62,762 nucleotides of DNA from Candidatus Humimicrobiaceae bacterium (GCA_035530555.1 DATKUR010000010.1:1-62762), one strand, 5' to 3'. Numbered from the stretch's first letter, positions 9,574-19,089 are shown. A program made the numbers and translations. The notes: generated by a model not told the origin, from the letters alone.

Positions 9574-10602
9574 TTATTTTTTCTCTTCCAGTTTTACTTT
9601 GAGAATTATTTCTTTTTTGTCCCGCAGAACCTTAAAATTAATTTCTCCACCGATTTTCTGTTTGGCTAAAAAATCAGCCAAGGGGCTTTCTTCAGTAATT
9701 TTTTCTCCGTTGCTTTCCAGGATAATGTCGTATTCTTTCAATCCGGCCCTGTCAGCCGCTGACCCTTTTACTATAGCGCTTTCCCCTAATGTTTCTCTGA
9801 CAATTAAAGCCCCGTAATCTACTGGAAGCTTATTGGCCTTGGCAATTTCCGGATTTAAAATCACATATCTCACCCCTAAAAACGGCCTTTTGATTTTTCC
9901 ATATTTTTTTACTTCTTCTAAAATATTTTTGGCGTAGTTTATCGGTATGGCAAAGCCAATATTTTGAGCTCCTAAAACCTGAGCCGTATTCGCTCCGATT
10001 ACCATTCCGTCCATATTAACCAAGGGACCGCCGGAATTCCCCGGGTTAATGGCGGCGTCAGTCTGGATTAATCCTCGTAAGCTTGTTGCTTTAAGAGATA
10101 AGCCGCCATAGGCGGTAATTTTTCTGGATAACCCGGAAACAATTCCCGACGACAAAGTATCATCAAATTCTCCCAAAGGATTACCGATGGCGACCACCGT
10201 TTCTCCCAGCTCAATCCTGTCAGAATCTGCTAATTCTAGGTAGGGCAAGTTTCTATCATTGATTTTTAAGATAGCCAGATCAACTAAAGGATCTTTGGCT
10301 AAGACCTTGGCTGGGTATTTACGTTTGGGGTCTAAAATAACGGCATATTCTGCTTCTGGATCGCCAACTACATGACTGCAAGTAACAATATAGCCCTCGC
10401 TTGAAACAATAAAACCTGAACCTCCACCAATCTTAGTTTTTTCCTTACCCTTTTTTAATTTAGGGAATATAAATTCCTGGCCCGGGCCGTAAGGAAAAAA
10501 ATAAAAACCATCAACTTTTGGCAGGTCTTTAGAGATGACAATGGTAATGACGGCCGGGCAAGCTTTTTTTGCTACTTCAATAATAGGCGATTTTTCCAGC
10601 AT
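9574..10602 (-). CDS. HtrA/DegP-family trypsin-like serine protease with PDZ domain
   Basis: GSGF, TCSHVV (His), DLA (Asp), IQTDAAINPGNSGG (Ser), C-terminal PDZ; ATG at 10602 preferred. Confidence 0.92.
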   Translation of the reverse strand: MLEKSPIIEVAKKACPAVITIVISKDLPKVDGFYFFPYGPGQEFIFPKLKKGKEKTKIGGGSGFIVSSEGYIVTCSHVVGDPEAEYAVILDPKRKYPAKVLAKDPLVDLAILKINDRNLPYLELADSDRIELGETVVAIGNPLGEFDDTLSSGIVSGLSRKITAYGGLSLKATSLRGLIQTDAAINPGNSGGPLVNMDGMVIGANTAQVLGAQNIGFAIPINYAKNILEEVKKYGKIKRPFLGVRYVILNPEIAKANKLPVDYGALIVRETLGESAIVKGSAADRAGLKEYDIILESNGEKITEESPLADFLAKQKIGGEINFKVLRDKKEIILKVKLEEKK

Positions 10603-10751
10603 ATAATTTATTCTAACATTAAAGATTATTGCCAGCAATCCCCGTTACAAAAAATTTGAATTTCTTTCTCGGTTGTGATAATATGATTTTTGTAACAGGG
10701 CAAGCAATATTTTTGCTATATTAATAACGTTGAAATTGAGAATTAATTTTT

Positions 10752-10823
10752 GCCCTCGTAGCTCAACGGACAGAGCCGCTCACTCCTAACGAGCAGATAG
10801 AGGTTCGATTCCTCTCGAGGGCA
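10752..10823 (+). tRNA. tRNA-Arg(CCT)
   Basis: Cloverleaf GCCCTCG/CGAGGGC, loop CT-CCT-AA. Confidence 0.92.
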
Positions 10824-10825
10824 TC

Positions 10826-10896
10826 GGGCCCGTGGTATAGTGGTAACACGCGTCCATGGCATGGATGAGTCCGGGGTTCGAGTCCCCGCGGGTCCA
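10826..10896 (+). tRNA. tRNA-Ala(GGC)
   Basis: G3:U70 identity pair, loop AT-GGC-AT. Confidence 0.93.
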
Positions 10897-10916
10897 CAAA
10901 ATATATTTGGATAGAA

Positions 10917-10999
10917 GGAGGAGTCGGATAACTGGTATTCCGCCGCACTCGAAACGCGGTGTCCGCAAGGACTTGTGGGTTCGAGTCCCACCTCCTCCG
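10917..10999 (+). tRNA. tRNA-Ser(CGA)
   Basis: GGAGGAG/CTCCTCC acceptor, loop CT-CGA-AA, long variable arm, G73. Confidence 0.92.
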
Positions 11000-11001
11000 C
11001 T

Positions 11002-11074
11002 AGGTAGTAGAAATTTGATTTGTTCGCCGTAGGCGAACAAATTCGAACAGGGTCCGGTCAAATTTTCACTACCA
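11002..11074. repeat. About 73-bp palindromic REP/MITE-like element, copy 1
   Basis: Terminal IR GGTAGTAGAAATTTGA...TCAAATTTTCACTACC with inner hairpin; near-identical inverted copy at 55501-55574. Confidence 0.85.
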
Positions 11075-11083
11075 GGCTCTTTT

Positions 11084-11500
11084 ATGATTAACTTTTTCAA
11101 AAAACAAAAAAGGGATCCGGAAAACTTGAAAGAGGTCTTGGTTCAATTTAAGGATTTAAAAGAAAATCTTGAAAGAATTTCTCAGGAATTGAAAAATTTA
11201 AAAAAAGAAGGCAAATTCTCTCTTCAAAAAATCGGGATGGTTAGATTCAATCCCTTTAAAGGGGTTGGCGGAGACCAAAGTTTTTCAATCGCTATTTTGG
11301 ATGCTAATGATTCGGGAGTGGTAATTACCAGTTTATATACCAGAGAGGAAAATAGAATTTACGGAAAACCGATAAAAGCAAGTCAGTCAGAATATTCATT
11401 GTCGGAAGAAGAAAAAAAAGCCATAGAAATAGCTCAAAAGCAATATGAAAAAAACAACTCAAAAACCGAGCGAGGCGAAGATGAACAAGGGGGAAGATGA
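11084..11500 (+). CDS. DUF4446-like protein
   Basis: Coiled coil then VRFNPF..GGDQSFSIA.LD...G..ITS, YGKPI, LSEEE. Confidence 0.8.
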   Translation: MINFFKKQKRDPENLKEVLVQFKDLKENLERISQELKNLKKEGKFSLQKIGMVRFNPFKGVGGDQSFSIAILDANDSGVVITSLYTREENRIYGKPIKASQSEYSLSEEEKKAIEIAQKQYEKNNSKTERGEDEQGGR

Positions 11501-13040
11501 GACGAAGTCTCAGCGATCCTTGGCGCCGAAGCCTCCGGTAGTAGTGGTTCTGGGACACATTGATCACGGTAAGTCAAGTCTGCTTCAAAGTATTAAAGAA
11601 TTGGGAGTCAGTATTACCGAAAAAGAGGCCGGTGGAATCACTCAGCATATCGGCGCCTATCAAGCCGAGAAAGATGGTAAAAGAATTACTTTCATTGACA
11701 CCCCAGGACATGAGGCGTTTTCGGCCATGAGGGCACGAGGAGCAAAGGTGGCTGATATTGCCGTTCTAGTGATTGATGTTACCGAAGGAATCAGGCCCCA
11801 AACCAAAGAAGCAATTTCTCATATCAAAAAAGCTCAAATTCCTTTTATTATCGCCTTGAATAAGATTGATAAACCAGAAGCCAATCCAGAGAAAGTAAAG
11901 AGAGAGCTCCAAAAAGAAGGAATCTTAGTTGAGGATTTAGGAGGGAAAACTCCTCAGGTCTTGACTTCAGCTAAAACCGGCCAAGGAATTAATGAGCTTT
12001 TGGAATTGATTACCTTGGTAGCGGAAATGGAAAATCTGCAAGCTGATATTCAAAAACCTGGCGAGGGAGTAGTAATTGAATCTTATCTAGATGTTCAGAG
12101 AGGGCCGACCGCCACTTTGATTTTAAGCCAGGGAATTCTTAAAGTAGGCGATATTGTTGGAACGCCGACGGCCGTAGGAAAGATTAGAATCTTAGAAAGC
12201 TTTCAGGGAAAAATCGTTGAAAAGGTTTTGCCGGCAGAGCCGGCAATCGTTGTTGGCTTTGAGACGGTTCCCAGAGTTGGCGAGAATTTTAAAGCCTTTT
12301 CTGGTATTGAAAGCGCCAAAGAAAATCTCCAACCTGAAAAAAAAGCTTCACTGCCGGATCTTGACACAAAAGCAGAGGTTGGTTCTGATCAACGAATTTT
12401 GAATTTGATTTTGAAGACAGATGTTTTGGGCTCAATCGAAGCTATCGGAGAAGTCTTTAAGGGCCTTCCACAAGAAAAAATAATTTTAAGAATTTTGAAA
12501 TCGGAAGTAGGCGAGATAATCGAATCAGACGTCAAGTTGGCAAAAAGCAATCAGGATTCGAAGGAAACGACTCAGAAATTTAGGGGGCAGGCCGTAATTT
12601 TAGGTTTTCGGGTGAAGACCAGCCCAGCGGCAAGACAATTGGCCGAAAGAGAAAAAATCAAAATAATGAGCTTTGAAATAATTTATGATTTAGTAGAGGA
12701 GATTAGAAAATTTATGGAAAGAATTACTGAGACGGAAGTAGTCAGGGAAGGACTGGGGAAACTGAAGGTCTTAACCGTTTTCTTAACTGAAAAAAATCGT
12801 CAGATTGTCGGCGGAAAAGTAATTGAAGGAGAAATGAGAAAAGGGGTGCAAGCCGAGGCTTTCCGAGGAGAGGCGCTTCTCGGTCGGGGAAAAGTAATCA
12901 ATCTCCAGAGAAACAAAAAAGATATCGAAAGAATAGGAAAAGGAGAAGAATGCGGAATACTATATGAGGGAGACGTAAAAATTGAGGAAGGAGACATATT
13001 GGCGGTTTATACGGAAGGCCGAAGAAAAGAAGAATTGTAG
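11445..13040 (+). CDS. infB: Translation initiation factor IF-2 (short form)
   Basis: [47 protein letters not shown]. Confidence 0.95.
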   Translation: MKKTTQKPSEAKMNKGEDETKSQRSLAPKPPVVVVLGHIDHGKSSLLQSIKELGVSITEKEAGGITQHIGAYQAEKDGKRITFIDTPGHEAFSAMRARGAKVADIAVLVIDVTEGIRPQTKEAISHIKKAQIPFIIALNKIDKPEANPEKVKRELQKEGILVEDLGGKTPQVLTSAKTGQGINELLELITLVAEMENLQADIQKPGEGVVIESYLDVQRGPTATLILSQGILKVGDIVGTPTAVGKIRILESFQGKIVEKVLPAEPAIVVGFETVPRVGENFKAFSGIESAKENLQPEKKASLPDLDTKAEVGSDQRILNLILKTDVLGSIEAIGEVFKGLPQEKIILRILKSEVGEIIESDVKLAKSNQDSKETTQKFRGQAVILGFRVKTSPAARQLAEREKIKIMSFEIIYDLVEEIRKFMERITETEVVREGLGKLKVLTVFLTEKNRQIVGGKVIEGEMRKGVQAEAFRGEALLGRGKVINLQRNKKDIERIGKGEECGILYEGDVKIEEGDILAVYTEGRRKEEL

Positions 13041-13113
13041 ACCTAAAAGACGGAATAGAGAATCTGAAACTACAGCTTAAAATTAAAAACCGCCAATCTT
13101 TGAGCTAAATTTT

Positions 13114-13449
13114 GTGTCTAAGCGTATTCAAAAAATTAACGCTTTAATAAAACGGGAATTAAGCCAAATTATTCTAAAGGAAATTGATTTTCCTTCGAAT
13201 GTTTTAGTGACCATAACCAGAGTTGAGACTTCGTCCAATTTAATGGAGGGTAATGTCTGGGTTTCAGCTTTACCTGAAGAAAAATTGAAGAGATCTTTAG
13301 AAATTTTAAATAAAAATATCTATATTTTGCAGAAAAAATTAAACCAAAGGTTAAAAATGAGACCGATTCCCAGGATAAAATTTTTAGAAGAGAAAAAAAC
13401 CAGAGAAGCTAGTCAGATCGAAGAAATTTTAGAAAGACTGAAGAAATAA
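13114..13449 (+). CDS. rbfA: Ribosome-binding factor A
   Basis: RIQKINALIKRELS, VTITRVETS, MRPIPRIKF; follows infB. Confidence 0.9.
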   Translation: MSKRIQKINALIKRELSQIILKEIDFPSNVLVTITRVETSSNLMEGNVWVSALPEEKLKRSLEILNKNIYILQKKLNQRLKMRPIPRIKFLEEKKTREASQIEEILERLKK

Positions 13450-13576
13450 ATTTCTTCGCCACCTTCACTTTTACCTTGTAAAAGTTTGGTAATTGAAGAT
13501 TAATAAATAGATTTCTTCTTTCCCTTCGCCTTTACATTATAAAAGCTCGGTAATCCAAGAAATAAATTTCTTCTCT
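13441..13576 (-). repeat. Tandem degenerate copies (about 58-bp unit) of the dispersed palindromic repeat family
   Basis: AAGAAATAAATTTCTTC-like hairpin three times, separated by similar ...AAAAG(C/T)T(C/T)GGTAAT units; reverse complement aligns with 15171-15230. Confidence 0.7.
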
Positions 13577-13649
13577 AACCTCCCCCGCCTTTAGCGGGCT
13601 CGGTGGTTGAAAAAGGGCTGAAAATAATATAAAATAGCCTAGCCAGATT

Positions 13650-13721
13650 GGCCTGGTAGCCAAGTAGCAAGGCAACTCTCTGCAAAAGAGTTATACGCGA
13701 GTGCAATTCTCGCCCAGGCCT
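13650..13721 (+). tRNA. tRNA-Cys(GCA)
   Basis: GGCCTGG/CCAGGCC, U73, ACTCT-CTGCAAA-AGAGT; atypical T loop TGCAATT. Confidence 0.88.
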
Positions 13722-13732
13722 CAAAAAGATTC

Positions 13733-13818
13733 GCCCGGGTGGTGGAATGGTATACACGCAAGACTTAAAATCTTGTGAGCGCAAGCTCTTGAGGGTTCGA
13801 GTCCCTCCCCGGGCACCA
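13733..13818 (+). tRNA. tRNA-Leu(TAA)
   Basis: CAAGA-CTTAAAA-TCTTG, variable arm, encoded CCA. Confidence 0.94.
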
Positions 13819-13819
13819 A

Positions 13820-13845
13820 AAAAGCGCCTCGAAAGGCGATTTTTT
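13820..13845. terminator. Intrinsic terminator after tRNA-Leu
   Basis: CGCCT-CGAA-AGGCG hairpin with A tract before and T tract after. Confidence 0.6.
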
Positions 13846-13866
13846 AGTGTAAAAAAACTTCGTCGT

Positions 13867-14361
13867 TTAGTTTTCCAATACCTCGATATAGGTTCTTTTG
13901 GCGCCGAAGTTAAGGGCCTCCCAATAAGAAGGAAGCCAGATATCAACGTGATAGTAACCAATCCTGCTGTTCATTCGGTCTTCAACCACAAAGACCTTAT
14001 CTCCGTAAATTTCCGGGAGACGCACTTTTGTCCCGAAAGGCAAAAGGTTATTAGCAATAACCCCTTCTCTTACTCCGGTGCCGGCCGCCGTAATAAAAGG
14101 GTCGCCCCAGGTTTCCCAAGGAGTAGAAGAATAGGCGGTAACCACTACGTTTATTTTCTGGGCTACTTCTGGTTCAGGGTTAGAAGGGCTGGCAATCGCC
14201 AAAAGGCTATTATCTTGAATAGTATAAAGCTGGGAGAACTCTAAATTCTGAGTAAAAATTGCCTCAGAATCAATCCCGGCCTCAGGAGAGCCGATTTTAA
14301 GAATGCCAAATAAGCTGAACATTGCCAGGAGAATAGAAATATATTTTAGGTTTTTAGTCAT
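13867..14361 (-). CDS. 3D-domain (MltA/DPBB-like) exported protein
   Basis: N-terminal TM; TAYSS, TAAG, LPFGTKV, VEDR, VDIW, ALNFG. Confidence 0.85.
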   Translation of the reverse strand: MTKNLKYISILLAMFSLFGILKIGSPEAGIDSEAIFTQNLEFSQLYTIQDNSLLAIASPSNPEPEVAQKINVVVTAYSSTPWETWGDPFITAAGTGVREGVIANNLLPFGTKVRLPEIYGDKVFVVEDRMNSRIGYYHVDIWLPSYWEALNFGAKRTYIEVLEN

Positions 14362-14471
14362 ATTTTAGCGAATTCAGTATGTCCCTAATTTGTTTGAGGG
14401 CATCTTAAAACCCCCATCAGGGGGTTGTACTATAATAGCTTAACCAAAAGAGGTTGTCAAGCGTTTGACTG

Positions 14472-14542
14472 AGCGGGATACCAGGATTGAACTGGCGCTT
14501 TTACCTTGGCAAGGTAACGTACTACCACTATACTAATCCCGC
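14472..14542 (-). tRNA. tRNA-Gly(GCC)
   Basis: Reverse strand GCGGGAT/ATCCCGC, TTACC-TTGCCAA-GGTAA, U73. Confidence 0.93.
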
Positions 14543-14544
14543 AG

Positions 14545-14616
14545 TGCCGCGGAGTGGAATCGAACCACCTACCCTTTCTTTTTCAGAGAAATGCTCTACC
14601 AATGAGCTACCGCGGC
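14545..14616 (-). tRNA. tRNA-Phe(GAA)
   Basis: Reverse strand GCCGCGG/CCGCGGC, TTTCT-CTGAAAA-AGAAA. Confidence 0.93.
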
Positions 14617-14658
14617 CTATTAAAAATTTTAACTGATTGATGGTTATTAATCAATATA

Positions 14659-14731
14659 TGGGCATTGTAGGATTTGAACCTACGACCTCCGCGATGTAAG
14701 CGCGGCGCGCTAACCACTGCGCCAAATGCCC
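14659..14731 (-). tRNA. tRNA-Val(TAC)
   Basis: Reverse strand GGGCATT/AATGCCC, CCGCG-CTTACAT-CGCGG. Confidence 0.93.
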
Positions 14732-15169
14732 CTATAATTCCCTTCTCATTAAATAGGCGTCGTCGCCGCTGGGATAGTATTTTTTTATAGTCTTTATAGT
14801 TCGGAAACCTAGTTTTTTATGAAAGGAATTTACTGCTCGATTTTTCTTTCGTGCGTGTAAAAAGACCTCCTTTACGCCTTTCTGCTTCATTCTTTGCACT
14901 ATGAGATTAACCAATTTTTTACCAACTCCTTGGCGGTGGGATCTTTGGTCAACTGTTAAGGTTTTAATTGAGCCTGATTTGTTCGGCTTGGCGTACCCTA
15001 AAATGTAACCTGCTACTTTTTCAGAAAGCTCAGCCACTAGAAAATCGTAGGGGTGTTCTCTGTAAAGTTTTTTAGAGCAAGCCTCTGATCAGGGTTGAGA
15101 GAAAGAGGTTTTTTCTATTTCCATCACTTCTTTTAAATCAGAAAGTTTGAATCTTCGAATCTTCAGCAT
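14732..15169 (-). pseudogene. rimI: RimI-like GNAT acetyltransferase interrupted by one in-frame TGA (15089-15091)
   Basis: Continuous frame MLKIRRF...IEKTSFSQP*SEACSKKLY...RQGVG...LGF...YY..GDDAYLM; the stop replaces the conserved Trp of F-x-x-P-W-S. Confidence 0.8.
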
Positions 15170-15231
15170 ATACCGAGCTTTTGTGAAGCAAAAGCGAAAA
15201 GGAAGACGAGGTAGGGCTTCATCGAACCTTA

Positions 15232-15314
15232 TGCCCAGGGCGGGATTTGAACCCGCACGCTCTTGCGAGCCACGCCCCTCAAACGTGTGTGTATACCAGT
15301 TCCACCACCTGGGC
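15232..15314 (-). tRNA. tRNA-Leu(GAG)
   Basis: Reverse strand GCCCAGG/CCTGGGC, CACGT-TTGAGGG-GCGTG, variable arm. Confidence 0.92.
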
Positions 15315-15321
15315 AAAAATC

Positions 15322-15699
15322 TTATTTTTCTCTATCTTCTAGGCTAATTTCTTCATCTGATGATTTTAACTTTGCCCCTTTTCCCTTAACCTTTCTCAGA
15401 TAATAAAGTTTTGCCCTTCTTACTTTGCCCCTTTTTAAAATTTCTATCTTTTCAATAATAGGGGAATGAAGAGGGAAAATTTTTTCTGTCCCAATCCCAG
15501 AAATTTCCCTTCTAACCGTAATAGTTGCTCCAATTTCCTTGCCATGCTTTCTGGCTAAAACTTGACCTTCAAAGGCCTGGACTTTTTCCTTCTCTCCCTC
15601 TTTGATTTTTTGATAGACACGAACTGTGTCACCCGGCCTGATATCGGGCAAACCTTCTTTCAAAAACGGCTTTAAAAATTTTTCTGTTTTGGTTGTCAT
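15322..15699 (-). CDS. rplS: 50S ribosomal protein L19
   Basis: [34 protein letters not shown] at 15699 preferred over 15729. Confidence 0.95.
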   Translation of the reverse strand: MTTKTEKFLKPFLKEGLPDIRPGDTVRVYQKIKEGEKEKVQAFEGQVLARKHGKEIGATITVRREISGIGTEKIFPLHSPIIEKIEILKRGKVRRAKLYYLRKVKGKGAKLKSSDEEISLEDREK

Positions 15700-15830
15700 G
15701 CTCAGTAGTAGCCCCGCCTTTCTTTTCATTGAATTGAAAGCGGGCGGTTAAATGATGTTTATAAAAATTTTTACACAAGATGCCTGGTAGTCTTCAAAGT
15801 AGAAAGAGCGGGGTCACTACCGGGCATAAG

Positions 15831-15903
15831 TGGGCGGTATAGGATTCGAACCTATAACCTTTCGCACGTCAAGCGAACGCGCTAGCCATTGCGCCAACCG
15901 CCC
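15831..15903 (-). tRNA. tRNA-Val(GAC)
   Basis: Reverse strand GGGCGGT/ACCGCCC, TTCGC-TTGACGT-GCGAA. Confidence 0.93.
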
Positions 15904-15910
15904 CTTCTAA

Positions 15911-15982
15911 TGGGCATGCCAGGGATTGAACCTGGGACTTCTACTTTATAAGAGTAGCGTTCTACCACTGAACTACATGCCC
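15911..15982 (-). tRNA. tRNA-Ile(TAT)
   Basis: Reverse strand GGGCATG/CATGCCC, CTACT-CTTATAA-AGTAG, A73. Confidence 0.9.
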
Positions 15983-15986
15983 TAGA

Positions 15987-17891
15987 TTACACGTGTCTGA
16001 TTTTTACTTTTAGCAATTCTCGTTTTTTTGGCAAGACCCTTGTCTTCGTGCCAAATTTCTGAGCAGGGGCTTTTTTGCTTCTAATCAAACTTTCAAACTC
16101 TTCCTTTTCAATTGTTTCTTTTTCGATTAATCTTTTGGCGATTTTTTCCAATAAAGCCCGTCTTTTGATTAAAATTTTCCGAGCCGTCTCTTCGGCGCTT
16201 TTAATAAATTTTTCCACTTCTTTGTCAATCAAAGCCGCCACTTTTTCAGAATAATTTTTATATTCTCCGAATTCTCTTCCCAAAAAAGCCAGCTCCTCTT
16301 TTTCGCCAAAAGCCACCGGACCCAGGGGCGACATCCCATATTCTTTTACCAATTTTCTGGCCAATTGGGAAGCCCTTTCTAAATCATTGGCCGCGCCGGT
16401 AGTCATTTCGCCAAACTTCAATCTTTCGGCGCAGAAACCTGCAAGTAAAGTGGCCATTTCAGCTAAAAATTCTGATTTGGTTTTAATTCTCCTTTCTTCT
16501 TTGGGAGATTTTAAAGTATAACCGGCCGCCAGTCCTCTGGCTACAATAGAAATTTTTCTTATGGGTTCGGTTTCCGACAAAGAAGTAGAAACTAGAGCAT
16601 GGCCTGCTTCGTGGAAAGCGGCAATTTCCTTTTCTTTTTTTGACAAAATATGCGATTTTCTTTCCGGCCCCAGCAGAACTTTTTCAATTGATTCTAAAAA
16701 CTCTTCCTGAAAAATTTGATGTTTGTTTCTTCTGGCCGCCAAAATAGCTGCTTCATTCACCACGTTAGCCAAATCCGCTCCGGAAAATCCCGGCGTCCTT
16801 TCAGCCACCTCTCTCAAGTTAACATTCAAGGCCAGGGGTTTTCCCCGCGCGTGAATCCTTAAAATTTCTTCCCGATCGTTGATATCCGGCAAATCCAGAA
16901 CAATTCTTCTGTCAAATCTTCCCGGCCGCAAAAGAGCCGGATCCAAGTGTTCAGGCCTATTTGTGGCCGCGGCAACCAAAATTCCCTCTTCTCTGCCGAT
17001 TCCGTCCATTTCCGACAAAAGCTGATTTAAAGTTTGTTCTCTTTCTTCGTGGCCGCCGGTTACCCCCATTCCTCTTACTTTTCCGATACTGTCAATCTCG
17101 TCTATAAAAATAATTGCTTTTTGGACTTTTCTTGCCTGCTCAAAAAGACTTCGGATTCTGCTGGCGCCGACTCCGACGAAAAGTTCAATCACTTCAGAGG
17201 CCGAGATAGAAAAAAATGGGACATTGGCCGTAGAGGCGATTGCTTTGGCCAGTAAAGTCTTGCCCGTTCCCGGTTGCCCCATTAAAAGCACTCCCCGGGG
17301 GATTTTAGCTCCCATTTGCAAATATTTTTTGGGATTTTTAAGGAAATCAACAATTTCTCTTAGTTCTTCTTTGACCTCTTTGAGTCCGCCTACCTCATCA
17401 AAAGTTACCTTCTCTTTTAATTGGCCTCCGGGCCCGAATAATTTAGCCCGGGCTTTGGTAAAATCAAAGGCCTGCATGGCTCCCCCTTTGGCCTGGCGGA
17501 AAATCATAAAAAAGAAAAGCCCGAAAATCAAAAGAGGCAACAAGAATGATAAGGGCAACAGCCAACCCCAAGCATCTTTTTTTTCTTTTATTTCGATATT
17601 AACTTTAGCTAATTTTTCAGGATCAGTCCCTAAATTGGGCAGAGACTGAGATAGATCTGTCATTTCTTCCTTTCTTGATATGACCTCAGCCTCCTCATCC
17701 CCGTGATAAAAAATCGAAATTTTACCTCCTTCAATAATAATTTTCTTAACCTTCTCTTGGTTTATTTCCTGGACTAGCTGGCTAAGAGATATTTCTTCTA
17801 TTTTTTCCGGCTGATAAACCCAGTTAAAAAGCAGCGCAATCAATAAAAAAATCAACAAAACAGAGGCAAGGTTTTTGACTAAACTTTTCAT
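15987..17891 (-). CDS. ftsH: ATP-dependent zinc metalloprotease FtsH
   Basis: Two TMs, GQPGTGKT, FIDEID, ALLRPGRFDR, HEAGH. Confidence 0.96.
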   Translation of the reverse strand: MKSLVKNLASVLLIFLLIALLFNWVYQPEKIEEISLSQLVQEINQEKVKKIIIEGGKISIFYHGDEEAEVISRKEEMTDLSQSLPNLGTDPEKLAKVNIEIKEKKDAWGWLLPLSFLLPLLIFGLFFFMIFRQAKGGAMQAFDFTKARAKLFGPGGQLKEKVTFDEVGGLKEVKEELREIVDFLKNPKKYLQMGAKIPRGVLLMGQPGTGKTLLAKAIASTANVPFFSISASEVIELFVGVGASRIRSLFEQARKVQKAIIFIDEIDSIGKVRGMGVTGGHEEREQTLNQLLSEMDGIGREEGILVAAATNRPEHLDPALLRPGRFDRRIVLDLPDINDREEILRIHARGKPLALNVNLREVAERTPGFSGADLANVVNEAAILAARRNKHQIFQEEFLESIEKVLLGPERKSHILSKKEKEIAAFHEAGHALVSTSLSETEPIRKISIVARGLAAGYTLKSPKEERRIKTKSEFLAEMATLLAGFCAERLKFGEMTTGAANDLERASQLARKLVKEYGMSPLGPVAFGEKEELAFLGREFGEYKNYSEKVAALIDKEVEKFIKSAEETARKILIKRRALLEKIAKRLIEKETIEKEEFESLIRSKKAPAQKFGTKTRVLPKKRELLKVKIRHV

Positions 17892-18033
17892 ATGTTTAAT
17901 TTAACAAAAAAATTTTTCAGGGTCAAGAATTAGAACGACCCCGCAAGAAAAACCTTTGCGAGGTCACTGATTCCAATTTACTTTTTTTTCACTGCGGGAT
18001 TACTTCGTGAAGGACAACTTGGCTAATGTTTTT

Positions 18034-19089
18034 CTATTCTTCCACTAATTTTAAGCTCATTCTGTGCTCTTCGGGTCTAATTTCTAAAATTTGGAAATCG
18101 TATTCCTTGCCGATTTTTAATTTTTCTTTCATTCTGCTCTCTAAACCGAATTCAGAAATATGGCAAAGGCCCTGGATTTTCGGGTTTACCTGGACAAAAG
18201 CGCCAAAGGGGTTGAACTTAGTGACTTTTCCCGAAATAACCCCCTCTTTTTTATATTTTTTTTCGCTGTCTAACCAAGGGTCTTTTTTCAAAGCTTTTAA
18301 AGAAAGGGAAACTTTGTCGCCGGAAATATCAATAATCTTCGCTTGGAGCTTTTCGCCCACCTTAACAATTTCCGTCGGGTCTTCAACAATTTTCCAATCC
18401 AATTCTGAAATATGGATAAGTCCTTCCAGCTCTTCTTTGTCAAATTTCATAAACGCGCCAAAATCGGTAATGCCAGTAATTTCACCGTCAACTACATCCC
18501 CTGTTTTATAATTAGCTAAGATCTCTTTTATTTTGTCTGATTCTTTGGCTTTTTCCGACAGAATAATTTGCTCGCCTTTTTGAGACAAATCTAGAATTTT
18601 CACTTCTAGTTCTTTCCCGACAAACTTTTGAAGCTCTTTTAGAATTTTTGCCGCATCTCCTCTTTCCACTCGGGGATAATGATCGGGCATCAGTTGAGAA
18701 GCCGGCAAAAAAGCCGGAATCCCCATTACCTCGCTTATTAAGCCGCCCTTATTTGCTCCCACGATTTTAACTGAAATTTTTTCTCCTCCTTCTTTTTTTA
18801 GTCTTAAGGCCTCAAAAGACAGTTCTATTCCTGCTTGACTGATTGACAACTCGATATAGCCTTCCTCATTCTCCAAACTGATTATTTTAGCAAAGAGACT
18901 GTCGTCAATTTTTAAGTCTTTAATTTTTGTTCTCGCTTCGTAAAACTCTTTCCCGTAAATTATTCCGGTGCCAATTGGCCCCAAATCTAAAAATAATTTT
19001 CCCGACTCTTTAGCGATTACCTTGCCTTCAATAATCTCTCCGGTCTTTGGCGGCCTTGGTAAATTTTCTTTTTCAAGTAGTTCTTTCAT
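18034..19089 (-). CDS. rpsA: S1-domain protein (30S ribosomal protein S1-like, four S1 repeats)
   Basis: NKGGL, AFLPASQL, DFGAF, EGLIHISEL, PFGAFV, GLCHISE. Confidence 0.82.
   Translation of the reverse strand: MKELLEKENLPRPPKTGEIIEGKVIAKESGKLFLDLGPIGTGIIYGKEFYEARTKIKDLKIDDSLFAKIISLENEEGYIELSISQAGIELSFEALRLKKEGGEKISVKIVGANKGGLISEVMGIPAFLPASQLMPDHYPRVERGDAAKILKELQKFVGKELEVKILDLSQKGEQIILSEKAKESDKIKEILANYKTGDVVDGEITGITDFGAFMKFDKEELEGLIHISELDWKIVEDPTEIVKVGEKLQAKIIDISGDKVSLSLKALKKDPWLDSEKKYKKEGVISGKVTKFNPFGAFVQVNPKIQGLCHISEFGLESRMKEKLKIGKEYDFQILEIRPEEHRMSLKLVEE

Noticed and set aside
10743..11100. Three minus-strand ORFs
   Set aside because: Antisense to the Arg/Ala/Ser tRNA cluster and the palindromic repeat
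13441..13576. Possible CRISPR array
   Set aside because: Only three degenerate units, the spacers resemble each other, and there are no cas genes; belongs to the dispersed repeat family
13575..14244. ORFs 13575-13961 (-) and 13747-14244 (+)
   Set aside because: Overlap tRNA-Cys, tRNA-Leu and the 3D-domain gene
15089..15091. Genome-wide UGA recoding (code 4 or 25)
   Set aside because: Many genes end at TGA at their expected C-termini, and long genes have no internal TGA
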